Shown piece after piece: positions 25,009-37,117 of a stretch of DNA of 64,000 bases. A program made the translations under genes and the position numbers. The notes beneath the pieces are model-generated. The model was given only the letters and a program-made list of their open reading frames with translations, searched no databases and was not told the origin of the DNA. The DNA is from Octopus sinensis (Eukaryota): contig NC_043005.1 in the NCBI RefSeq assembly GCF_006345805.1, positions 4,836,001-4,900,000 on the forward strand. Reading direction: 5' to 3'. Numbering within the stretch: position 1 is the first letter of the stretch; the number at the start of each line of letters is the position of its first letter.

Positions 25009-25695
25009 GTGAATGTCACTACATTTCATGAGAAGCTCCTACATCAACCTGGAAGATGCGGCACTTTGGATGTTGACATCATGTTAATGTTTATCAGCTT
25101 GGGATTAGGTACAGAATTGGCATTGGAGACTATTCCTTAAAGAGGAAAGACAAGAACAGGGATCTATTTTTGAGAATGGGTATCCGCTAAAGACTGCCCT
25201 TGGAAAGGAAAAAAAACTTTACCAGAATATTCTATATGGGCATGGTGGACCAGGCTTGCTGCGGGAGGTTGGATTTGGTAGGCATGTGCATCTTTGTGTC
25301 TCTGCCATGACACCACTTTAGAGTTGTACAACAGTCAGAGTTGGTGATTCAGCAAAAATGTTTGCCCACAGAATATGGCCAAGACACAAACATACAAATG
25401 CCTACCAAATCCACCCTCATACACACACAGGACATTCTGGGGCAGCCCCCCCCCCCATCTTCGTATGAATAGCAGATACCCATACTTAACAAAAAAAATT
25501 TGCCCCTATCCTTGTCAGAACCACAATGCATCCAGTGTAGTTAAAAGCAACACCACTCTTACAGGAATAACCTCCATCACCAATTCTGCATCTAACTGTA
25601 TTTCCAAAGCTGATAGACATCAACATCCAAAGTGCAGCATCCTCCAGACTAATTTAGGACCCCTAATGACTATCATGGAATGTAGTAACATTCAC
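25009..25695. repeat. Old nested inverted repeat (probable decayed foldback element)
   Basis: Outer arms about 25009-25140 and 25559-25695 (GTGAATGT.ACTACATT.CATGA...GCACTTTGGATGTTGA); inner arms about 25267-25310 and 25376-25415 (GGATTTGGTAGGCAT). Confidence 0.6.
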
Positions 25696-26151
25696 TAAAG
25701 GGAAATTAGAGTCAATGATACAAGAACCAAACCGTTCAGGATAACTTAGCAATTTTATTCTTTTACTTTTGGAAGAATTCCCCAAAACAAGAATTGTTGC
25801 AGCTAAACATGATTGCATGAAAGCTTTTATACATAGACCGATAGAATAAGTACTAGGTTTACAAAGAATAGGTCCAAGGGTCGATTTATTCAAATAAAGG
25901 TGGTACTCCAGCATAGCCACAGTCAAATGACACAAATCAAAGAATATAAGAAACGCATCTTAATATACTCTTTTGACACTAATGTGCCCAACACTACTGA
26001 TGCTGATACAAAGTTATCTAAAAACACCCGTCAAAATTTCTTGCTAATCTATGCTCCCGACACCAGCTTCATAATGACCTGGTCATTCTACTAAATTAAA
26101 ATTACACTACATGCTCATATTTGCATAACAACCATGCTAGACTTCCATACA

Positions 26152-26703
26152 CAGTGATCCGTTGCTACTTTGCAGTTCAACCATCGTGGTTGAATTTTTC
26201 ATTAAATCCATTAAAATGTTAATTCCGAGTATAGGAACAAAACAGCATCTATAGGAGAACGGGCTGTGATTGGTGCAATGGAGAGAGACAAATCACAGCG
26301 TTCCATTTTGTAACCTGGCATGTGATTGGTGCTTTGATCGAGGCTCAGATCTGCAGCATCTTCACTAGTCTCTCTCTCACAGCCATTTCGCTTCAAGCTT
26401 TCTCGCCGAGTGAACCACTCAGTTCACTGTACTACTTTACACTGTATGATTGTTTTGTTTCTTTCCGTTATCGTCTCCTGCAATGGCTCCCAAGCTTATT
26501 TCATGTTGAGTATGGTAACAATCTTCATTAAAAAAAAAATCTAAAGTGTTATTGTTTAACAGTTGTCCTTGTTATTAATAGACTACTGTAACGGGTAGGC
26601 CGTTAACCGTAGAGGGAGGGTCTTAAAAGTCCAAATACACGTTAAATAGATACTGTAAATATGGTCACGGAACCAATCTGCCGCTGTAAACGAGGGATCA
26701 CTG
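26152..26703. mobile_element. Tigger/pogo-like MITE
   Basis: Termini CAGTGATCC.TTGCTACTTTGCAG and CCGCTGTAAACGAGGGATCACTG resemble pogo/Tigger TIRs; lies just past the RPLP1 poly(A) region. Confidence 0.65.
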
Positions 26704-26815
26704 CATAACATCAATAACAAAATACATAGGAAACTCAATATAAAAATAATAAAATAACAATAATGTGATTGAGCAGAGCATTTATTTACACCTCATTAAT
26801 CTCTTGCAAAGCTCC

Positions 26816-28923
26816 TCAGTCAAACAAACCTGGAAAAGAAAAAGAAACCAAAGTGAATAATTAGCAACAAGTGTCAAGATAAACACTAACGGGAATATTG
26901 TCTACAAATAATGAATAATCAACCGGTTTCCCTGACCTGTGCATCACATTCCCAACTCCTATCAATCAGCAGAGTAACTTGGGTGGAGGCACATGGCAGC
27001 GAGGGATTGCAGGTTCGAATCTCAGACCGGGCAATGTGTGGGTTTATGAGCGAAACACTTAAGCTCTACGTGGCTCCGGCAGAAGGTAATGGAACTTTTG
27101 CTGACTCTTTTGCCACAACTTTCACTCTTTCCTCCTGCATCTTGCGACGGACCAGATTCCTGTCCAGGTGGGGAACTTATATGCCAAGGAAATCGGCCCT
27201 TATGAGCCAGGCATGGCTCGAGAAGAAAAAAAAGTAACTTGGGACTTATGAATGGAAAGCTTTAAATCACTCAACATATGAAATAATGGTTAACTAAAAG
27301 ACTTGAAAACAAATATGGAAGCTTAGGACAAAGCCACTGGCAAAACTTTTTCTATACTTACCAAAGCCCATGTCGTCATCCGACTCCTCTGATTCTTCTT
27401 TCTTCTCCTCTTTCTTTTCTTCTGCAATATTGAATCATACAAAAACATTTAGTGAAGCACAACAGAGAACAGGGAGAGCAAAAAACAAAACAAAAACCCG
27501 TATACTTATAATACCCTCAGGTCAACCAAAAGCTGTAATAATGTTACATAATGTACGAAGCCAGGACTTCAAATCCATTTGCTCATCTTTCTGATGTCCA
27601 CCTCCATCAGCTACAACACTCTTGATAAGAAGTATGGAAGTGTAGACAAAGCCAACCTGACTATGTAACCAAAATGCAAGTAGTAAAGATTGATGAGGAG
27701 CCAATTGTTCGACCAACTGAATCACCATCATCATTTAACGTCCGATTTCCATGGCTAGCATGGGTTGGACGATTTGACTGAGGGCTGCACCAGGCTTCAA
27801 TTTTGTTCTGGCAGAGTTTCCACAGCTAGATGCCTTTCCTAATGCCAACCACTCCGAGAGTGTAGTAAGTGCCAGTAAGGCGATGCTGGCAAAGATCACA
27901 CTCGAATAGTGCCCTTTACAAGCCAGATAGCCACTCGGGCAACGATAACGCTCAGATGGTACTCTTAGCACCCCACTAGCATGGGGCACGAGTGCCAGTA
28001 AGGCGACGCTGGTAACGATCACACTTGAATGGTGTCTTTTGAGTGTGATCGTTACCAGGCACCCGAGTGTGAATATATTTCTTTATTGCCTACCAGGACT
28101 TAAACATAGAGAGGACAAAGAAAAGGGGATCGAGTCAATTACATTGATCCCAGTGCGTAGTTGGTACTTACTTAATCGACCCCAAAAGGATGAAAGGGAA
28201 AGTCAACCGTAGCGGAATTTGAACTCAGAATGTAAGGGCAGACGAAAACACGCTAAGCCTTTTGCCAGGGAGCCACCAACTGAATAATCTACTCCTGAGT
28301 TAAAGTGTCTAAACCTGACTATTCCACTGGTATGTATACCCTTAATGTAATTCCCAGTTCGCATCACCATCATCATCCACCCGACTTCGACATTCATTCC
28401 AAGATGCTACAACAGGATCTAACCCAAGCCAATACACTAACATCAAAATGTCAGATACTTAGAATATTGTAACTGAAAGCGATAGGGATCCCGTTTTCAA
28501 ATTTAAAAACACAAACCAATGAAAGAAACCTTTACACGGGGTTGGATTTAATAGAAATAAATATACCTATATATCAGTGACGTGGCATACAAAATAACTT
28601 GAGGTATTTGGCTAAGCACCAGACACCGTTAAGTATCTGCTAGCAATCCTGGAAGGAGTGCTCAAACTAAACACACACACACACACACATGGGAAACTTA
28701 GCTGTGACACAAAATACTAACACCAGAGTACATACCTTTGGCAGGAGCACCACCTGTGTCCCCAGCAGGTGCAGCACCACCAGCTGGTGCGCCACCAGCA
28801 GGTGCAGCTGCCATGCTGCCTATATTGGAAAGCATTGACTTGATGTCCACACCATCCAAAGCACGAGCAAACAGAGCTGTAAGAAATAGTTCAATACGTA
28901 TTAGACTACAACAAAAACAGTAA

Positions 28924-28954
<31 letters not shown>

Positions 28955-31900
28955 CCTCATTATTTACAATACTGAAATTGTCTCTGAAACTTAACCTCAA
29001 GTTAGAATATCCGTCATTCCAACATAATTTAAAAAGGGTTTCAGCAGGAGTTGATGTAGCAAGCCTCAGGAGGACACCTGGTACAAACACCAGGCACCGC
29101 TTATTCTTGCATGGTTCACTAGCGAACAAAACAATATACATAGAAAATACATGGCTATAAAAGAACTGCTACATATCAATACAAAATGCCAAGCAACTCA
29201 ATACCCCTTGAACCACACCCTAAGCCAACCCTGTAGCTAGATACACAGTAACTGAATGCACACACAAAACTCACCCAGCCAAACCACATTATACCATCCT
29301 CGTAATTTAACGTCCGCTTTCCATGCTGGCATGCTCCGACCCCATCTGGCAAGGTTTCTACAGCTGGATTCCCTTCCTAACGCCAACCACTGAGGGTGTA
29401 GTGGATGCTTTTCATGTGCCATCAACACGAATGGCACTTATACGCAAATCATTCCATAATATATACACCAGTTAGTTCTGGGTTCAGCCCCACTGCATAG
29501 CACCATGGACAAGTGCTTTTACTACACCGAGTCAATCAACGTCTTGTAAACAGATACGATGGAAAGAAACCCGTCGCTATTTGTGTTACAAGCTTTGCCC
29601 TCCCGAACTCAATAATGCATGACTACCAACCACACAAAAAGTTCAACAATTTGCAGCTTCACATGAAAGCATGACCAGCAAAGAAGAAAAACGAGACAGG
29701 TGAGGGCCAGTGACATAAAGCACACCTGATCGTAGATGTGAAAACACGAAACAAGCTGCAACACAAAGCGCAGTGTAACAGTAAGAAAAGCATTCCAAGT
29801 TGGCCAATGGCTCAACCTGCCTCTTAATATCCGGGCCACCACTCGTAGTGAAGTACTTAATGACACCTAACGATTTTCCGTCAAGCACTTGTTGCACAAA
29901 CACTACTGTTTGGTTTATTCACACCATTTATTGAAGACATACCAAACAAATGCAAACAATCAAACCAGACTCACATTAGTCTTACACGAAAGTTTTCACA
30001 TTTATTGAGCACAGATTCTGAAACTTAAGCGAACATTTTCAAATTTGGTGCATTTATGTAAATTTTCATGCCGAATCCAATTTTTTTCTTGCATGGCCAG
30101 TTACTTGAGCACAGAATGAACTGTTGCCGTGTAAACAGAAAAAGGATATGTCACAGAGCCTTAAAGAATACACTACAATTTTACTCAAGATGACCAGTCA
30201 AAAGAACTGCTAAAAGATCTAGGTGTCTTCACCCACTGACTCCCCTTCTCCTTGCTTCAATGACCCTTGTATCATTCACGTTTCGTTGTACAACATAATA
30301 GGATTGTACTAGGCACTCCCCCATCACCACCATCCGCTCAAACTTTTCCTTACTTCACCTCTCATATAAAATGAAAATTGCACTCCCTACTGAATCGGAG
30401 TTAAATTGTATTCGCCTCGCTTAACACGTTCCTGCGAAGACTGCAGTTAATCGATCCGTCCACGCCGAAAAGTTTGGATTTGTGTTCAAAGCCCCCAGAA
30501 AATTATCCAGTAATTGCATAGACAGGCTGACGTATAGAATACGCACACAAACCCGTTTTCGGCGTAACCCTAAGCACAGAGTGAGCGCATTTCTTTTGAA
30601 TTTTGCCCAGAGGCAATCTTAGTTAATTCGTCCATTCAACTTCAGTATATTAACAACAGTTATAGAGTAACTCACAATATTTAGTAAAACCCAATAAATG
30701 ACTAACGTTAGCTTCCCCAGAATTACGCAATACAAGAAAAATATTTTACGATTAAAGAACTAAAATTTCTTAAAAGAAATACTTTTTAATTGAGTGTTTT
30801 TTTTTTTGTGGGGTGGCGAAATGCTCCGTAACTATATTTAGAGTAGAAAGAAGCTTTCTAAAAACAGCTCTCACTTTGCCCACTACCAGCCTACATCCAT
30901 CGACTGGCATTGAAATGAAGAGACTTTTAACACGCACCCCGCGAATAATTCTCCCTCGTAGGCTTTCGGCAACATGCTGTCCCCACGTCAAACAATACAG
31001 CAACACAGTGGTTCGGCACAACTACCGACTTCCCTTAATACATCTTTTGATGAAATTGTGCAGAGATACACGATCGCCGTTTCTAAACTTACTCAACTGT
31101 GGGCCACACTGGAGCACTGCATTGTTGAGGCTTTACTCGATCAGATCAACCAGATCGAGTAGTGAGTATAAAACCGGCACTAGAACAGAACATCGCTTGT
31201 CAGGCGACAAGAAACACCGAGACTCAGCAATTCTCATCTACCAATTTCAACTGTCACCTAATGGACACTCTTCTACAACTTGCTCAAGATCGTCGCGCAA
31301 AGAAATTGGCATTTCCTTCGTTACCCATAGTTTGAAAAGTGTAATAAATAATTAACCAGTTAACATCACAATTGACCAAAAGGGCAGAACTAAAATCGCT
31401 GCCACACACATTGGTGAAATTTTATACAGGTTGTCGATGGTGTACATTATAATTGGACATTCTTTCGATATAACATTTCACTTCGGGTATTTCCGTGGAA
31501 GCAAATGAGAGTTCGATTCTGCTTGGAAATTTGCGGATTTTAAATACACACATGAAACAGGCGAGTAGAAATAGGCATGGCTTTTTTTTCGTCAAGTTTA
31601 AAATGAGACATTGCTGGCATAATCTCGTTATATCCATACTCGACAACCCACGGAAATACCCAAAATGAAATGTTTTGATCTTGTTGAGTTATATCGAAAG
31701 AATGCCTTATAATTGATAAAGGTTTAGAAATTCGTACGCGTTTCGGAATATTCTTTTTGTTTTTTCAAATATGGAGTATCAGCATAGCTCCATTCAAAAC
31801 ATGAAACACTACAAGTCTGCAGGATGAGGAAACCCGCAGGAATCCTGCTCTCAGACTAACAAAACAACGCGAAAACTGCGATTCTTCTAGGATCAGGTCT

Positions 31901-32751
31901 TGTAAGAGTTCTCTCCCCTCGCAAGACACAAAACTGGCGCGGAAAAGCAAAACACGGGGCAACCTAGGTTGAAACCCCACCGAAATATCCTTTCTCGTGT
32001 TATGGGGAAACAGAGAAGGAAATATAATACTGTATGGTGGGTACTACAGCAGAGGAAACTTCGTTAGCCTACTTTATTTCTGAACTATGCTAGAGAGGAC
32101 GTGAAATCGATGAAGAGCCAGATGTTGAAATACTCTTCCACGTGTCATACATTTTGTGAATCAAAAGCGATCGACTATTTTATTGATGCTGTTAAATCAG
32201 ATTTTAAACAGAATGTAGATTTATGCTAATATTATCAAGAATCTAAAAGATATTATTTCAGTTAATGATTATAAATTGAAACTGGAAAATCATCGTCAGT
32301 AATCGTAAAATCCTTCCACGTGGTCCGAACTACGGCAATACAAATAACGATAGCATCAACACAAAAAGAAAGGAAAATACAAATTATAATCAAAGACAGT
32401 AATATTAATTATGAAAATAAATGAAATATTCTTGAAAATCACTTACATGGCCAGTAAGGTTCAACTGCTACATTTGCTGCTTTTAAGATCGTGTTGATTT
32501 TGTCAGCCTAGAGAAAAATTAAGTGGATTTAGAAAATAATTGGAAATCATATCAGAGTAAGGCTTTTAAATTTAGTTTATAAGCACGAGAGAATAAAAAT
32601 AACGAAGAAAAGAGAGAGGCGAGAGAAGGAGAAAAATGGCGAAACAAACACACATGGGTTGTGAAGGAAAGAAACTTACAGTGACTGTAACTTGATCATC
32701 AGCGAGAATTAATGCAGCATAAACGCATGCCAGCTCGTTATTTGATGCCAT
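26816..32751 (-). CDS. RPLP1: 60S acidic ribosomal protein P1, 5 coding exons, 115 aa
   Basis: Exons 32751-32680, 32507-32447, 28876-28736, 27421-27362, 26829-26816; all GT-AG and phase-consistent. Protein [115 protein letters not shown] has the P1 N-terminus and the canonical [10 protein letters not shown] tail. AATAAA at 26786-26781. Confidence 0.97.
26972..27235 (+). mobile_element. tRNA-derived SINE family D in RPLP1 intron 4
   Basis: GGAGGCACATGGC...GCAGGTTCGAATCTCAGACC (B box) ...GGCTCCGGCAGAAGGTAATGG...ATGAGCCAGGCATGGCTCGAGAAG followed by an A-rich tail. Confidence 0.7.
31441..31716. mobile_element. Small MITE in RPLP1 intron 2
   Basis: Inverted arms ATTATAA..G.CATTCTTTCGATATAAC...ATTTCA.TT.GGGTATTTCCGTGG at both ends. 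Confidence 0.7.
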
Positions 32752-32849
32752 TGTGTTTTTATGTAAAAAGTTTTGATTGATGATGAATTAGAATGGTGTA
32801 CGTCGCCTGGATTCTGGCCTTAGCTCGTTGAGAACGGTACACTTCTAAT

Positions 32850-33181
32850 GAAAGCAAGACCGGAAAGAGAACGACACGCCGTCACGTGATGAAAAAAACA
32901 ACACGATACTGGTGTTCTCGTCTGATTAATATTTTTAAAATTGCTTTATTTTAAAATATATTCACAGCCAGTGCTTTAAATTTTAAAATCTAAATAATAA
33001 ATTCCGGACATATGAAATAAAAGTGACTTTAAATATTTTGTTATTCCCGTGTAGCCATGGCAATTTGCTAAACCCACGCTACTCTTTGTAGTCCGTATTA
33101 TATATAAACAAACCTTCGACTTGTTATTTTAGTATATATTTTTGTGTATAATATACTGAATTTAATTTAGTACATTATACC
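32850..33181. promoter_or_regulatory. Bidirectional promoter region between RPLP1 (minus) and the C8orf34-like gene (plus)
   Basis: RPLP1 TCT/TOP start CTCTTTCC on minus at about 32870-32863; GTCACGTGAT E-box at 32881-32890; C8orf34-like ATG at 33182, about 310 bp from the RPLP1 start. Confidence 0.65.
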
Positions 33182-33418
33182 ATGTTAACTCAGGCCCAAG
33201 TATATATCGAGAAACATAAGATCACTGCACTTTTTGAGGTAGCATATTTTTATATTATTTCAAAACCGCCCCAAAACGTCACCTTGCTGAATATGCTTTT
33301 GTTTTGTCGTTCTTTTATTCCTAATGGTTACGTCTATAAGGGATTCTATCTCAGGACGATTACCGTAATTAATTGGGCTTTCAACGCTGAATCTTCTTCA
33401 AGTATGAAATACAAGTTG

Positions 33419-33459
<41 letters not shown>

Positions 33460-36400
33460 GATGCCTCTAAGCTCTTAGCTGCGACATTATGACAACTTAC
33501 TGATTGTCCTATATATATATATATATATGAATTCCTCTATTTACATAATATCGAGGTCTCATTCTTTTGTTGTCATTTTATTATTATTAATATATGTGTG
33601 TGTGTGTATGCGTTGACATCTGCAAATGCACACCTTGCACGCTTCGTCAGTATTGTATCCAAGAGTCTTTCGATGTTTCGGGCCTTACAACGTCCATCTT
33701 CATCACGACTTTTCTACGTTGTTCTTTACTTTTCTCCTTTTCATCTCTATAATACCCAAGGTTTCAAGGTCTTAAGCTATGACCCGCCGATTTTGTGTGT
33801 GTGTGTGAAGAAGCAGAAAAGCGTAAATTTCACAGGTAGAAAATGAATAATAACTTTCAACAGCCGTTTCATTGGGAATAGACGTCATTAATTTAAATGT
33901 GTAATTAAGATACATAATTGATTAATATAAATGAATTTAAATTAAATTAAATCTAAGCAATGTTTATATAAAGTGGATATGTTTTATTCTGAAAATGATA
34001 CATTTTGGGAAGTGACTTAAGTAAAATAATAATAATAATGAAATTATTGTATACAGTGCTCAGGTGAACCACAACTTGTCAGAAAGTGCGTATAAAGTAT
34101 ATGCAGTAACGTACAAATGTCTGGAAAGTGAACAGTGTATGAGTCAGATACATGCTTGTGTGTATATGGAGGGGAGAAAATCAGGTGTAGTGTTGGCGAA
34201 TCCCAGGAAGCATGGAAGTTTTGAAGGATGCAGTGTTCCGACAACTAACAACTATATATATATATATATATATATGTACACACACACACATACACACACA
34301 CACACACATATAAAGTTAGCACAATCATGAGGGTGTGGAAAAAGTATCAACTGTTCACGACATCATAAGAATTTATAAACTTGAGTGAATGTGAAATACT
34401 TTTTTATGGAATGGTGGATCTTGAAGCAGATAACACTATAAATAATTGTGTGTAAATGAGGTCTGGAAAGCCAGAAGGCTGCACCAGGCTCCAGTCTTGA
34501 TCTGGCAGTGTTCCTACAGCTGGATGCCCTTCCTAATGCCAACCACTCCGAGAGGGTAGTGGGTGCTTTTTACGTGCCACCGGCACAGGTGCCAGTAAGG
34601 TGACGTTGATAACGATCAAGCTCAAATGGTGCCCTTTTACGTGCCACTGGCACGGAAGCCAGCTGGCTACTCTGGCAACGATCACGCTCGGATGATGCTC
34701 TTGGCACTCCACTAGCACGGGCACAAGTGCCAGTAAGGCGACATATTGGTTTGAAAAACTTTTCAAATAGAAAAAAAATCAAAGGCTGCCCATGAGACAC
34801 AAATCCACATTGTCTGGATACATGCCAGATATTTTACCATTGAACCAAAGCAATCCTCTATCGTTTTCTCTATCCGTTTTCCATTATGAATTCTATGCTG
34901 AGATCTTAAGAATTTATAAACTTCAAGAGAACATGAAATAATTCTTTTTCAGAATGGTGAATCTTGACGCAGATTAAGCTACAAATATAGTATGGCTGTG
35001 CTACTATTGATAAGTGCCTCAATGCACAAAAAATTTTGATTCCTCAGTCACTTTGTAACTTCTGCTGATTATTAATAAAAAGCATAAATAATAGCATGTA
35101 AATATTGGAGTAAAAACACCCTTTCTAGATAGAAAAAGTTAAAGGTTATCCCTGGGAGTCAAACTCCCATCTTCTGTCAACATGACAGGCATTTGGCCAT
35201 CAGATACAGAATGTCAAAGGATTGTTTTGGTCCAAATGCAAGCATCATCATCATCATCATCATTATTCAATGTCTGTTTTCCATGCTGGCATGAGTTGGA
35301 TGGTTTGACAAGCCAGAGAGCTGTATCAGACTGATTGTCTGTTTTGACAAGGTTTCTATGGCAGGATGACCTTGCAAATGCTAACCACTTTACAGAGTGT
35401 ACTGGGTCCTTTTTACTCGGTACTAGCATAGGTGCTTTTTACATGGTACCAGCATCAGTGGAGTTGCCAAGTAACTTGCAAGACAGAGACCTCTCAGCTG
35501 AGAGAGGGAGCAGAACTGAGAAAAGGGACTGTGTGCCAGGCATGAGTTTAGAGCAGTGGTTCCCAAACTTTTTCAGGCTGCCACCCACTTGGCTCTAAGG
35601 CTACATTCCTAGTGCCTCCCCACCATCACAGACTTAGACCATTTTCTGCAGCAAATTTGAAACAATAGGATTTCACAAAGAAAGCTTAACCTAATTAACC
35701 CTTTATTTATTTATTTTTACATCTACCCCCACCCCGTTTTGGTCACCCCATTTTTCTTTGGATCTTTCGGCTGTCCCTCTCTCAGGTTGGGGGGGTACCG
35801 TCCACTTTGGGAACCACTGGTTTAGAGTATGATAGAGGAACAGAGATGGCTGTCTTACTATAGAGGAGATAATTGTCTACCCCTGTAGGACAAGGGAGAA
35901 GGAAGGTGGGAGAGAGTGAGACAGACAGTCAAAATGAGAGTGAGGGACAGAGAGAGAGAGAGCCTACAGTTGATAGTGACAGGTGTCCTGCTGTAAGGAA
36001 AATATATGGCCACAGTGCATCTGTGAGTGACCGGAAAGAGAGATAAAGATGGTGGTGAGAAGATCTAATTTTGAATATGCTGAAAAATGTGCGTTTAATT
36101 TTTTTGCAGGAACTTATGAATAAACTGGTTCGAAATGCACCTGAAAATCCTATTATTTATCTCATCAAACAATTGTATAAAAAAGCAGGACTTGATATTC
36201 CATTCGTAAGTAAAAAAATTAAGATTTGGTATTTCATTTCATGTTGTTATAAAACATGGAGCTGGCTGTGTTGATAATCTGTGTTGTTGCCATGCGTTTT
36301 TGTTTTTGTGTCTGGGCTTAGATTAGATTATCTGTTTTGTTGAAATACACTCCTTTGTTTCAATTAATATTGAAAAATAATGAAGCATCTATAAAAATAA

Positions 36401-37086
36401 TTATGCTACATGGTAGTGAAACATGGGCTGTGATTGCAAAGGACAGACAAAGGCTTGAAAGAAATGAAATGAGTACGCTCTGCTGGATGTGCAATGTCAG
36501 TGTGCGTTTAGGACAAAGTGTTGTGTTTTGAGAGGAAAATTGAGTAGAAGAGACATCAAATGTAGTGTGGAAGAGAGAAGACTGCACTGGTATGGTCATA
36601 TGATGTGTATGGATGAAGAAGTGCCACTCTCTAAATGTGGAGGGAACCTGTGGAAGAAGAAGACAATGGAGATGATAAAACCTGGGATAATCAGCAATTG
36701 CTGTGCCTGGGGAGATCCTTTCAGCTCAGTAAAATTAGGGCGAGAAAGGTGTGTTCTTTATGTTCATGCCCCTGCACACAATCCTCACCCCCACATCCCA
36801 TCTTTGCAATGCCTCCCCCCTCCCTTCTATCTCCCACTGTACCTTGCAAACCTACCTACATCCAACATGTCCCTCAACTCTCCCCCTCACAACATATCTT
36901 TCTAATGTCCCCTTCCTCTACCTGTGCCCACTCACCATATTCCACTCCCCTCTATCTCCCACTCTCCTTTCGCAATCTCATGACTCACCCATCCACTCAC
37001 CCTATCCAATCCCTAGTCAACCTCACTATATACACCATCCTGTAACTTGAGTGTAAGCCCTGTCACATCTTTACTATCTTATCTCC

Positions 37087-37117
<31 letters not shown>

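Noticed and set aside
26870-26960. snoRNA candidate in RPLP1 intron 4 (GGGAATGT/ATATTCCC hairpin with GAAA loop)
   Set aside because: Single hairpin with no H box, no properly spaced ACA and no canonical C/D boxes.
30560-30720. Telomerase RNA (TAACCCTAA template followed by U-rich sequence)
   Set aside because: No convincing pseudoknot or nearby H/ACA domain, and it is antisense to the host intron. TAACCCTA(A)-like words recur in the window (about 15210, 15230, 61457, 61825), so the match is uninformative.
30813-31355. Nested protein-coding gene or viral fragment from ORFs of 180 aa and 62 aa
   Set aside because: No recognisable domain and no splice or Kozak support; kept only as part of the unexplained island finding.
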